Positions 53,320 through 64,000 of a DNA stretch of 64,000 nucleotides are shown here, one piece after another (positions within the stretch are counted from its first letter, which is position 1; each line of letters opens with the position of its first letter). The notes under the pieces were generated by a model that saw only the letters and a list, made by a program, of their open reading frames with translations, was not told where the DNA came from and did not search any database. Both the position numbers and the translations under genes were made by a program. Origin of the DNA: Octopus vulgaris (taxonomy: Eukaryota); assembly GCA_951406725.2 (NCBI GenBank), contig OX597829.1:40176001-40240000 (forward strand), written 5' to 3'.

Positions 53320-55408
53320 GGTATATTCAAACCCGTAAACAAGCCATTCACTCTATTATGTCATGGAGACTGGAATTTTTATATTAGTTCAAGTATTATC
53401 ACTTTCGCTACCTCCACCTTTGTTACAGCCTCCTACCACCTTTACCACTCCCCGGCGTCGGCACCTCCTACCATCGCCACCACCTTCGACGCCGTTTTAA
53501 CCTTAGCACCGCCTTCCAACCACTCCCGACCTTGTCTCAATTCTTGTGACCACCGACGGACCGTCTAACAAAACTTCTCAAACAACTCCACACCTACTAC
53601 AACATGATGAAAATTCTTCACTTCTTTGAATTATTTCATGATGAATTCTTCAATTCTTTGAATTATTATTATATCATAGTAAATTCTTCAGTTTCTTCGA
53701 ATTATCTCGTCGGTGAAGTGTTTCCTTGAACTTATATCTCTCCGTTAAAAAATCTTCACTTCTTTGGATTACCTATTCTGCTGTACGTATATTTTGTATC
53801 CCTTTTTGGCAACAAGTTTAATGTTTTATTAAAATTAATGAGTCGTTGTTATAATAAGACCTGTTTGACTCGCAGACCTAGAACTTTTGAGTCCTGTATT
53901 TTAAATGGACTAATCGTGTTCCTATGAACAGGTAACCCCTCAGAACTTAGCCATTATATTTGTTTATTTTATATCGCAATTGGCGAACAAGTGTGTTGTT
54001 GGCTAAAGTTTGCCAACGGGTCGCTTGTATGCATTTCTTAGTGACAGCATAAAAATTGTGTCACTGGTTTTTGCGGTGGCTTCTCGTTTTTTTTTTTTAA
54101 ATCTTCCATCAATATATATATATATATATATATATATTAGTGAGAAACACTTGTTAAAAATATGCTTTGCAAAAGGATAGAACCCGGAGCCTGGTGTCTG
54201 CGAAGCAAGCTGAGTAAATAATCATTCCTGCCACCCTACAAATACACATATTTACAGATTAAATCCTCGCAGATACTCATACACGTACGCACACCTGCAA
54301 AACATTTTTTGTTATCCCTACTCTTACAAACTATACACGAGTTCACATAGTAATATGTAAAGAGAAATGTAAATGTCGTTACCTTTTTAAGTAAGAAAAA
54401 AAACAACAGCTTCTCAGTTTAGTGGTAACACCTGAAATTGTATATAAACCAGGAACGGGATAGTCCAGGACCAAGGTAGATTTTGCTTTTCTAGGATCGA
54501 TAAAATCTGTATTTCAGCCAAAGTATTGGCAACTATTAAATCGACTATTCACCTTGCCGTTTAAATCATGTTTTCTAAGAGAATTAGCGAGGGAACATCG
54601 TCTATTTGCTAGAAATAACAGCTACATTTTTCCTCGAATCAACCATTCCGTTTTAAAAAGGGATAGCATTGTCACGGCGTGAAAGTCCTTGATCACAGGT
54701 CTCTATTTAGTCAGGGGCCGAGCCTGGAGGCTTAAAAAGATAGAATATTTATGACCTTCTGTAACTCAAAGTTGAACTCCCTCATCACTCACAAACCGTG
54801 GACTTAGTTGAATCCGGTACTACTGTACAATGAATACTTTTAAAATAGTTTTGCTTCGAAATGGTATAAGTATTGAGCCTACGTGACTTCTTGAATGATA
54901 TGTTAAAAGACGAGACATGAGCTAAATATGAAATTATCGTTATTATATTAAATGATGGAAGCATAAGTAGGACGCTCAACTAATAAATATATGTAAGTAA
55001 TGAGAGAACCTCTACGTAATTGTTTGCCTTGCTAGAAATAGCAGCCAAATACTCCTCAAATCATTACTAACTTACGAAATAAATTTTTAAAATCCATAAA
55101 AATTAAAGAATGCATTAGACATTACATGTAGTCCTAGTTATTATAAAAATCGGGATGGTCGCGAGCAGATCCCATTCTATGGCAGGCCCATCGCCAAACT
55201 TTGGTATCTAGGAGTGCTTCAGAACACAGGCTTAGCTAGTTGCGGGCGGGGGCGGTCCGTGCACGGGTGGCACTTTTGGGTCTGCTGTAGGCAATATATG
55301 TTTCTTGTGGGGTCCAGGAGCTGCAAACGGAAGGGTCGCCCCGGGCGGTACACAGTGTAGCTACGTTAGCGCTTCAAAATATTCTGGGTGGGCACTAATT
55401 TATAATAA

Positions 55409-55812
55409 GGATCTTTTCGGTTTGAACGGCAGTTTTTCTAGCGGTGTCATATGAAATTGTCACCTATAATTATGACCCTAGTATCGATCTATTGCATTTC
55501 AATCTGTTTTAGGGCTAGAGGTGGGGGGAAGTGTATCTTTTTTTTCTTCAGAAATGTAAATAAACCCAATCTGTTTCTTAAACGAGGGACAGTTTCATAC
55601 GGCACAGAATGTTTTCACCTCAATAGACGTCATCGATTGGTTGAAATTGCAGAAATTGAAGAAGAAAAACAACAAATATGTTACAAACTATAGAATTTTC
55701 TCAATAAAGCCAAGAGAAAAAGATGTTTTATAAACACATTCTACCAGTATACGAAGTTTAAAAGTGTTTAGTTACGTGGAAATTATTTTTAAAAACTGCC
55801 GTTCAAACCGAA
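55409..55812 (+). mobile_element. MITE family E with a slightly truncated right TIR
   Basis: Homologous to the 5725 copy. Confidence 0.9.
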
Positions 55813-56311
55813 TGCTAAAGTGGAGTTTCAAAATAAGGATATATCTGTAAATCTGAGGTTCCACCGTCGCAGAGGATTCACTGATTATCGGAGCAGATGT
55901 AGCCTGGCTTTGAAGCGGGTTCTAGATACCCGACTCCTATTGGTCTTTCAGCACGCCTGGATATTAACCCGAATTTATTTTAGGGCCCTTGCTAGTGCTA
56001 CATCAGATTCAACCATCCTTTTAAGTTACTTTCTGAATTCAAAATCCGGTGTATATCGTATTTTCGTCCATCTAAGGTTGATAAAATGAATAATAGCCTA
56101 CGACAAAGCCCCTTATTTACATCTTGCAGAAATAGCAGTTAAATCTTCCTCAGATTACACACACCTTTGTCTTGAACAACGGAAGGAGAAATTAGGAAAT
56201 GATGTTCCGGATGTACAAAAAAATTGGGTTATCATGGCTTGGAAGCGTTTGATCATAGGTCTGCTTGTCCAGGGCCGATTTGGTAGACCAATCAACAATG
56301 GTTACAAATAT

Positions 56312-56652
56312 ATATTTCTTTACTACCCACAAGGGGCTAAACACAGAGAGGACAGACAAACGGATTAAGTCGATTATGTCGACCCCAGTGCGTAACTGGT
56401 ACTTATTTAATCGACCCCGAAAGGATGAAAGGCAAAGTCGACCACGGCGGATTTGAACTCAGAACTTAACGGCAGACGAAATACCTATTTCTTTACTACC
56501 CACAAGGGGCTAAACACAGAGAGGACAAACAAGGACAGACAAACGGATTAAGTCGATTATATCGACCCCAGTGCGTAACTGGTACTTATTTAATCGACCC
56601 CGAAAGGATGAAAGGCAAAGTCGACCTCGGCGGAATTTGAACTCAGAGCGTA
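56312..56652 (-). mobile_element. SINE family A dimer, head missing
   Basis: Two bodies joined at the usual junction. Confidence 0.9.
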
Positions 56653-57221
56653 GTTACAAATATATGCCAGTAAAAACCTGTACACCCGGCCTTATCCTAT
56701 CACTATTAGAAGAGTTATATTATTTTCTTAATTCGCATGATGTTGATATTGTATTCATTATTATATTTACGAGATTTGTAAGAAAAATGCTGTGAAGTTC
56801 AGATAAATGGTTTGAAAATGATTTAAAAGCAGATATTTGAAACATTTACATACTATAGAACTAAATAGTTGTAGGACATTATTATCTATTTTTTTTTTTT
56901 TTTTTTTTGCTGTTATTCTTTAGCCGCAGGTCAGCCGCGATCGATCTCATTTATGATCAAAGGAATTCCAACGGTAACTTCCTTTGTCAACTTGCACTGT
57001 CAGAAAATTAACAGGTGAAACCATAGATTACACACGTGAGAAGAGTGTAACCAACCAACGGCAACTATTATTCTCCTATTAACTATAAAACTCGCCATCC
57101 ACCCCTCCCACACACAGACACAAGCGCGCGTGCATATTACTTCAGCCCCCCCCCCCCCACTACCAACCACCGTGACGTGGCTCATTTGGTACTACCGGGC
57201 CGCAGAAATAGAAAAAAATTC

Positions 57222-57641
57222 GGATCTTTTCGGTTTGACCGGCAGTTTTTTTTAAATAATTTCCACGAAACTAAACACTTTTAATCTTCGTATCCTGGTA
57301 GAATGTGTTTATAAAACATCTTTTTCTCTTGGCTTTATTGAGAAAATTCTATAGTTTGTAACATATTTGTTGCTGTTTTTTCTTCAATTTCTGCAATTTC
57401 AACCAATCAATGACGTCTATTTTAGGTGAAAACATTCTGTGCCGTATGAATATGTCCCTCGTTTAAGAAACAGATTGGGTTTATTTACATTTCTGAAGAA
57501 TAAAAGATACTCTTCCCCCCACCCCTAACCCTAACTCTAAAACAGATTGAAATGCAATAGATCGATACTAGGGTCATAATTATGGGTGACAATTTCATAT
57601 GACACCGCTAGAAAAAACTGCCGTTCAAACCGAAAAGATCC
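57222..57641 (-). mobile_element. MITE family E
   Basis: Complete TIRs; perfect 8-bp TSD AAAAATTC. Confidence 0.95.
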
Positions 57642-59874
57642 AAAAATTCTTTCATTTTGTTTTATTGACTGTCGCAATCTACTAGGTGTTTCTTTTTTCC
57701 TTTCTTCTTTACATATGTGTTATATATATGTAGTAATTACATTACATATTATACAGTTTGTGTTTTTTATGTGCGCTATCCCTCCGGTCTGCGGTAAAAT
57801 TGCCTAGCATGAAATGGAGTCGCAGTGCAAAAAGCTGTTGGAGACCGTTGTATTACATGACCGATTACTTTATTTTATCGATCCCGAAAAGTCGGTGATA
57901 CCAGCGGGATTTGAACCTAGAAAGTAAAGGAAACGTGTCATTTCTGTCTGTCTATCTGTCTGTGTGTGTGTGTGTGTGTGTGTGTTTGTGTGTCTCTCTC
58001 TCTGAAAAAAAAGTTTTGTGTGGGGACTTCGTTTGATTAAAAAAAAAAATTGTATATTATTTTATCCATATAGAGAAAATCCATATTTTTTGAACAGGCA
58101 AACGTGTGTGGTAAGAATATACGCAATCATAGCTTACATCCCCGTAATTAAGCAGTTTGGCAAAAGAATCATTGACATTTAAAAAATGGAGTTAATTTGT
58201 GCGGCCCTTCTAGGCAGTACCCCCAGCATGGTTTCAGTCTAATCTCTGGGACAAGTAAAACAAGAATATGGCAGTAAGGCTACATGATAGTGGTATCAGA
58301 TGTTGCATGCACACCACCATATAACGTGTTTATTCTTTGCTTTCGTTTTATTTTGACATGCACATTGTTTTTTTTTTTCCGTTTTACGAATTCAGTGTGC
58401 ACAATCGCATTGCGTGTTCATACTTCGTTTTCCGGCTCCTACTCAAAACTGTTTACAGATCACAACCATCTCACGAACCTGCGTTCGTGAGGAGCGCTTC
58501 GCGCTCCGATGGTTGCGAAAATGTAGAGAGTTAACAAGAAAAGTTTGTGAAACCACGCCGTTCGTTAGGCGTAACGGCAATTTCACCACCACCACCACCA
58601 TTATAAGTGGTCATAGTCTTCAAACCTTAAATCTTACTACCATTAAAATGAATAAATAAAAGTACACATTGCTTCTTGTAATCCTAGATAAATTGTTAGA
58701 AAATATGATTGAGATGGTCATGATTGGAACCCTTTTATTATAGTTCTTTCTAAACCAATACCAAAATGAGCAGCTGTTTTGAACAAACAATTTTAAAAAT
58801 TGACTATATTTTACACATATATACATGTGTGTCTGTGCGTTTTAAAAAATTTTTTATGTAAACAAATATGTATACATACTGAAGTTTAATTAAAAACAAA
58901 TGGATATGCAACATGTATGCTACCAGCCTGTCATTAGCCAGCTGATGCCATTTATGAGAGAATGGATCCACTTTGGAACTCTCGCAAACAACACCTCGAA
59001 AAACGTGTTAAAAATAGCAGACAAATCCCCTCAAATTGCAAGAGCTCTGCCGTTTTAGATATTTTTGCCTATCCAAGGCATTTTCAAAAGTTTGTTCTAA
59101 ACATCCATGCTTGCTTTTAGACTGTTAGTCAGCCCTTGTTTCGTGCGTTCTGGGTAACATAAAACTTTCCTTTACAGAAATCCTCAGTTACTCTTAGTGG
59201 TGAGTAAACAAATGGAAATGTGTATCGTATATGATGCACCGAGCACGGATGCCTGGGAAATATGTCCTGTGTATTACATGTGATGCGCAGGACAGCAAAG
59301 GGTTAAAAATAAAGATACATACACTAGGTTTTCTTCGGGGCATGTTACATTTGCCACCTGATACCGTTTGCGAGTAAGAGAGAGCCTCTAGCGCTCTTTT
59401 TATGAATTGCACATGAGATCTGTTAGAAATGAACAAATCTCACTCAAATCGACTTGTTTACTATCAGTCCTACATATATATATACTCCTAAAAAGTGACA
59501 CGATGGTTAACGTTGCTCTACCTATGGTTATAGATTCATTCAATAAGGGTTGATTTGGATCTAAACACAAACATCAGCTTAAATCTGTGGGACAATGAGA
59601 ATAACTATATCACAGTTTATGGGAGCCTCAGATTTTTGTGGGCTGAGACAAATCTTAAAAGAAAAAAAAATTGAGGAGCTGATTGATTTTGGGGGGGTTT
59701 TTTTCGTATCCAATTTACGATGCAAATTGGTTTGGGACTGGAATTAGATTAGTGTTGCGACTTACGCAACGAGATGATCACGGCTGGACAGTTCTAGCTG
59801 AGTTGGAAGTTTGTGTTATATTATTGACTCATAATACGCCAAACAAAAATGAAATAGCCGTTATTTGTTCTTCT

Positions 59875-60269
59875 CGTTCTTACTCGTTTCGTCATTAAAG
59901 TGTGGTCATGCTGGGCCACAGTCTTAAGGGTTTAGTCGAACAAATCAGTTTGTTTGTTTTTAATAAGTCTCACTCGTTTGCCGAACTGTTAAGCTTCAGG
60001 GACGCAAAGAGACCGATACTTGTTGTCAAGCAGTGGAGGTGGAGAACACAAGAACACACACACATATAACAAATATGTATAAACACGTACACATAACATG
60101 TATATGTGTATACACACTCACACACATGTGTATATACACTCATACGACGGGCTTCTTTTTAGTTTCCATCGACCAAATCCACTCACCAGGATTTTTGATC
60201 GGTCCGGGGTAAAAGTAGAAGTCATTTGCCCAAGGTGCCATGCAGTGGGAGTGAACCCATGACCACACA
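59875..60269 (-). mobile_element. SINE family B, older degenerate copy
   Basis: GACGGGCTTCTTTTTAGTTTCC...TTGCCCAAGGTGCCATGCAGTGGGA. Confidence 0.7.
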
Positions 60270-61256
60270 GCGTGGCGGTTATATATTACCGTATAACCGC
60301 CACGCAAAAGACGTATTTAAAAATTTTTTTCAGAACGTTAAATCTGGGATATTCCTTAAATCTAATTCCTCCGTCCCATATCTTGTGTATTGAAGTGTGA
60401 CTTCACTTGATGTAGTAGATGAAGAGGGTCCTTAGCTCCCATGATGATGGTCATATTAGTACACCTTATCTCGCTGTTGTGCGTGCGTGTACCATTTAAG
60501 TGCGGGAACGAAATTTACTTGGGTACGAACCCAGGTCCTAAATATTTTACCAACAAGGTCGATTTTTTTTTTCAGTCAAAATAATCACAGGTATAATAGT
60601 AATAACAGTAATTTTTATTGTATTTGTGCATCAATCCAATATACAGACGAATCCAATAATGGGAAATTAATGTTTCAAATCAATCCAAAACTGTTTCTAC
60701 ACTCGTTCGTTTTGGCAATGAAGCTTTTAAGAGGATCTTCAAAGCATTTTAATTGCCCCCCCCCCCCCCTACACACACAATAACGGTGTACGTTTGCACT
60801 TCCTTGCACCTTCTGTTCCCGCGCCAGTAACGGGTACGTATTTGTGTGTTTGGGTCACGTTCTAGTTTGAGCGTTTTATGAAAGATTTTTATTTCTTTGT
60901 GTTTGTTGGAATGTCTCGGAAGTTAACAATTAATGCTTACGGAGTTTTTATCCGTATTAAAAAAAAAAAAAAAAAAAGGCTTTCAGTTTCGATTCCGGTT
61001 TGTTTTCATTTTTTTTTTTTTTTTCTCTTTCTCCCAACTTCTTCCGCTGGGTTTTATCTAGTCATTTACGAGCATGATTATTTCTTAATTGTCTTAAATC
61101 TTTCAGATTAATACTGTTTGACTTGGTGAAACCGATATTCTTTGGTATTCGTAGTCGCATTCTCCCTTCGGAGGGCCACAAGCAGGGGAAGTAAGTGATG
61201 GTGATGGGGGGAATATTTTAAATAGGGAAACAAATCGCACATAATCACTTGGACGA

Positions 61257-61291
<35 letters not shown>

Positions 61292-61541
61292 GTCATGTGT
61301 ACACGCACACATACGCACACCACTTCACAAGCATGCTGGCACATGTACACATACGTCCACTTGCATGCTTGCACACGCGTTCCCGCATGCACTCTCACAC
61401 GCATACCCATAGTCACTTGCGTACTCAGACTCACACGTCAGGTTGTCTAGGTACCTATATCCTGGTGGATATAGACAGTATGGGGAGATTCGGAAAAACC
61501 ACAAGTTAGCGGAATTAAAGGCGTCGACAATTTAAATGAAA

Positions 61542-61916
61542 TCTCTCTCTATATAAACGGCAGTTTGTCTGTGCGTGTTTCTGTGTGTCTGTTTGCTTGT
61601 ACCTTCACCCTGACCACGGCTTTCAACCGATTCTGATGAAACTTGACACACACATAGCCCAATGTCATAATTCATAACTAACGCAGCGAAAATTTTGAAA
61701 AGTTCCCTCAGTTCTGAAAAAAATCGATAAATTCGACATGGGGTCCAGAATCAGAAACACAAACTGTCTAGGGGACGCAACTCCACCTTTTTTAACTAAA
61801 AAAAAAATTTACCATCATTTTTTTCCATTTTTTTGCTATTTTTTGGCTATAACTTCTAAAAATGCTTTATAGTTATTTCCCTTACAAACCTGAGCAACGC
61901 CGGGCGATACTGCTAG
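61542..61916 (+). mobile_element. Non-autonomous Helitron
   Basis: 5' TC (A/TCTCTCTCTATATAAA), 3' CTAG/T, subterminal GC-rich hairpin-like CCTGAGCAACGCCGGG about 8 nt before CTAG; inserted between A and T with no TSD. Confidence 0.8.
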
Positions 61917-62091
61917 TGTAATGCTAAAATGATTTAGGTATCTTGCTTCCCAATCACACGGTGCCAGGTTCAATCCTACAATGCGACTCCTTAGGCGAGT
62001 GTCTTTTACTATAAGCTTGGGCCAACCAAAGTCTTGTGAGTCGATTAAGTAGACGGAAACTGAAAGAAGCCCATTGTGTGTGTGAGTACAT

Positions 62092-62282
62092 ATATAGGGA
62101 GAGTTTACGAAAAACAAAAAACAAAAGACGAAGACAGGTGGTGTAGAAAACAAACAGATGTATTAGTATAACGCTCAGGAATAGAAAAAGTCTTTTACGT
62201 TTCGAGCCTACGCTCTTCTTCAGAAAGGCACACAAAAATCAAGGAGAGAAAAAAATGTGTGTTGTGATTAACGATCTATCGT
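62092..62282 (-). mobile_element. Short Penelope-like pseudo-LTR element, same family as 18100-18320
   Basis: Shared sequence around GAGCGTAGGCTCGAAACGTAAAAGAC and CTATTCCTGAGCG..ATACTAATACA. Confidence 0.65.
62192..62227 (-). ncRNA. Minimal type I hammerhead ribozyme motif
   Basis: CTTT-CTGAAGA-A-GAGC-GTAG-GCTC-GAAA-CG-TA-AAAG: CUGANGA and GAAA cores, stem I, stem II, palindromic ACGT in place of stem III, GUA cleavage triplet; one extra A before stem II. Confidence 0.6.
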
Positions 62283-62554
62283 GTGTGTGTGTGTGTGTGT
62301 GTATTTATCCTTATTTAACATCCGTTTTCCATGTTGGCACGGGTTTGACAGGAGCTGACCAGGGCTGCTTTGGCATGGTTTCTACGGCTGGATACCCTCC
62401 CTAACACCAACCACTTTACAGAGTGTACTAGGTGCTTTTACTTAATACCGGGGTGGGTGCTTTTTACGTGGCACCAGCACTTAGGAGCCTTCAAGATTAG
62501 GGATGCTCAGCTGGAGAGTGTTACAGGGGACAAGCCTGTATGCAAGGTCAACAA

Positions 62555-62700
62555 TGCATTTACTTAGCTTGATGTATCGTTTCAAGTACAGCAAACCACC
62601 AGGAGTCTTGGTCCCCTGTCATCTATGTGAGTCCCAACATCAGTAGATCCTTTCTCACTACTTTGTTCCACATCTTCCTGGGTCTATCCCTTCCACATGT
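62555..62700 (-). pseudogene. Short RTE-like LINE 3' remnant
   Basis: Manual translation CGRDRPRKMWNKVVRKDLLMLGL...DQDSWWFAV. Confidence 0.55.
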
Positions 62701-62705
62701 TGGGC

Positions 62706-62761
<56 letters not shown>

Positions 62762-62866
62762 TAATAATAATTATTATTATTTGTGGGAATATTATTCCTA
62801 ACTTACAGGGAAAAATTCAATTTAGAAATACTAAATCAAATTTCACAAAATATAATATATTTGTAT

Positions 62867-62976
62867 AAAGTGTTATCAGATCTTTTATCAGGATGCTACT
62901 AACCTTTTTGTATGTGTATATATATACACATACAAAAAGGTTAGTAGCATTCTGATAAAAGGTCTGATAATACTTT
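62867..62976. repeat. 110-bp palindrome centred on (TA)5
   Basis: 55-bp arms with 3 mismatches. Confidence 0.9.
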
Positions 62977-63003
62977 TTAAAATAATTTTATTTAAAAATC
63001 ACC

Positions 63004-63037
<34 letters not shown>

Positions 63038-63094
63038 AAGAGGATGGGCTCAAGATCACCTCCTCCAATTCCCCCTTCACCTCCTTTTTGTGTT

Positions 63095-63405
63095 GCAAGT
63101 TACTTGGTCACCCTGCCAGTGCTGGTGCCATGTCAAAAGAGTATCCAGTGCACACTGTAAAGTGGTTGGAATTTAGAAGGGCATCCAGCTGTAAAACCAT
63201 GCCAAAACAGACCTCACATGTGGTGGTGCTATGTAAAAAGCACTAAGTCCACTCTGCTGGGTGGTTGGTGTTGGAAAGGGCATCCAGCCATGGAAGCCAT
63301 GCCAAAACAGATACAGAAGTTCGGTGTAGTCTTCTGCCCGACTAGCCTCTGTCAAACTGTCCTACCCATGCCAGCATGGAAAGCGGATGTTAAGCAATGT
63401 TGATG
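63095..63405 (+). mobile_element. SINE family C, older copy with a duplicated AAGGGCATCCAGC module
   Basis: Two GTGGTTGG...AAGGGCATCCAGC blocks followed by CCCATGCCAGCATGGAAAGCGGA. Confidence 0.7.
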
Positions 63406-63893
63406 ACACAGCTTGGATTTCAATCTGTCTAGATAGATATACACACTGCACTGTTCTCTGCATATCATATATCTATATTACTGGGTGTAGATAATGTATT
63501 CATTCAACCACAAGCTTATATATATAGATCAAACAGAATTGAGACCATTAACTCCACCCTAGTATCATAAGTACAATTAAAGGAGTGTCCATTAGAGAGT
63601 TTCCAACAACACCAAAGAGTTTATTTCCTTCCTTTCTTTTGTGTTGGTGTGAAATATTGTTTTTCTACAATGTATAAGGAGCCGAAAATGTCAAACAAAT
63701 CTTTTGTTTTCGTGATTTTTAAAAGTCAGTACTTTGAACGTCATTTTTTTTTATACAATGCATGTGATATGTAAAATAGCATGCAAACACACACACAAGC
63801 ACACACACCCACAAACTAACACACATGCACATACACAAACTCACACTCACACATACACACACGTACTACACTTTTTAGTTATTGAATATGCGT

Positions 63894-64000
63894 GGGGGGT
63901 GCAATGGCCCAGTGTTTAGGGCAGCAGACTTGCGGTCGTTGGATTGCGGTTTCGATTACCAGACTGAGCGGTTGTGACTGTTTATTGAGCGAAAACGCCT
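63894..64000 (+). mobile_element. SINE family D head, running off the end of the window
   Basis: GCAATGGCCCAGTGTTTAGGGCAGCAGAC...GGTTTCGATTACCAGAC. Confidence 0.8.

Overview
AT-rich, repeat-saturated eukaryotic DNA. The SINE and MITE repertoire and the microsatellite density look like a coleoid cephalopod, probably Octopus (inferred from pattern recognition, no search run). No intact protein-coding gene can be recognised, and nearly all ORFs in the track are microsatellite or repeat artefacts. The window probably holds one candidate first exon built from trinucleotide repeats (about 7.65-8.62 kb, + strand) followed by very long intronic or intergenic DNA. That DNA contains four SINE families (my working labels A-D), GG-ended MITEs with 8-bp TSDs, hAT, piggyBac and mariner MITEs, a non-autonomous Helitron, decayed RTE LINE and Penelope-like fragments, and short elements carrying minimal hammerhead-ribozyme motifs. 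The most striking structures are: a 45-bp satellite (about 33 copies) expanded inside a piggyBac-type MITE and then re-invaded by the same MITE family; a cluster of long palindromes around (TA)n arrays at 35.6-38.0 kb; one-head/multi-body SINE multimers; a SINE with one head and four different tails; and a MITE flanked by a roughly 140-bp duplication. Coordinates were read by eye, so boundaries of degenerate copies are approximate.
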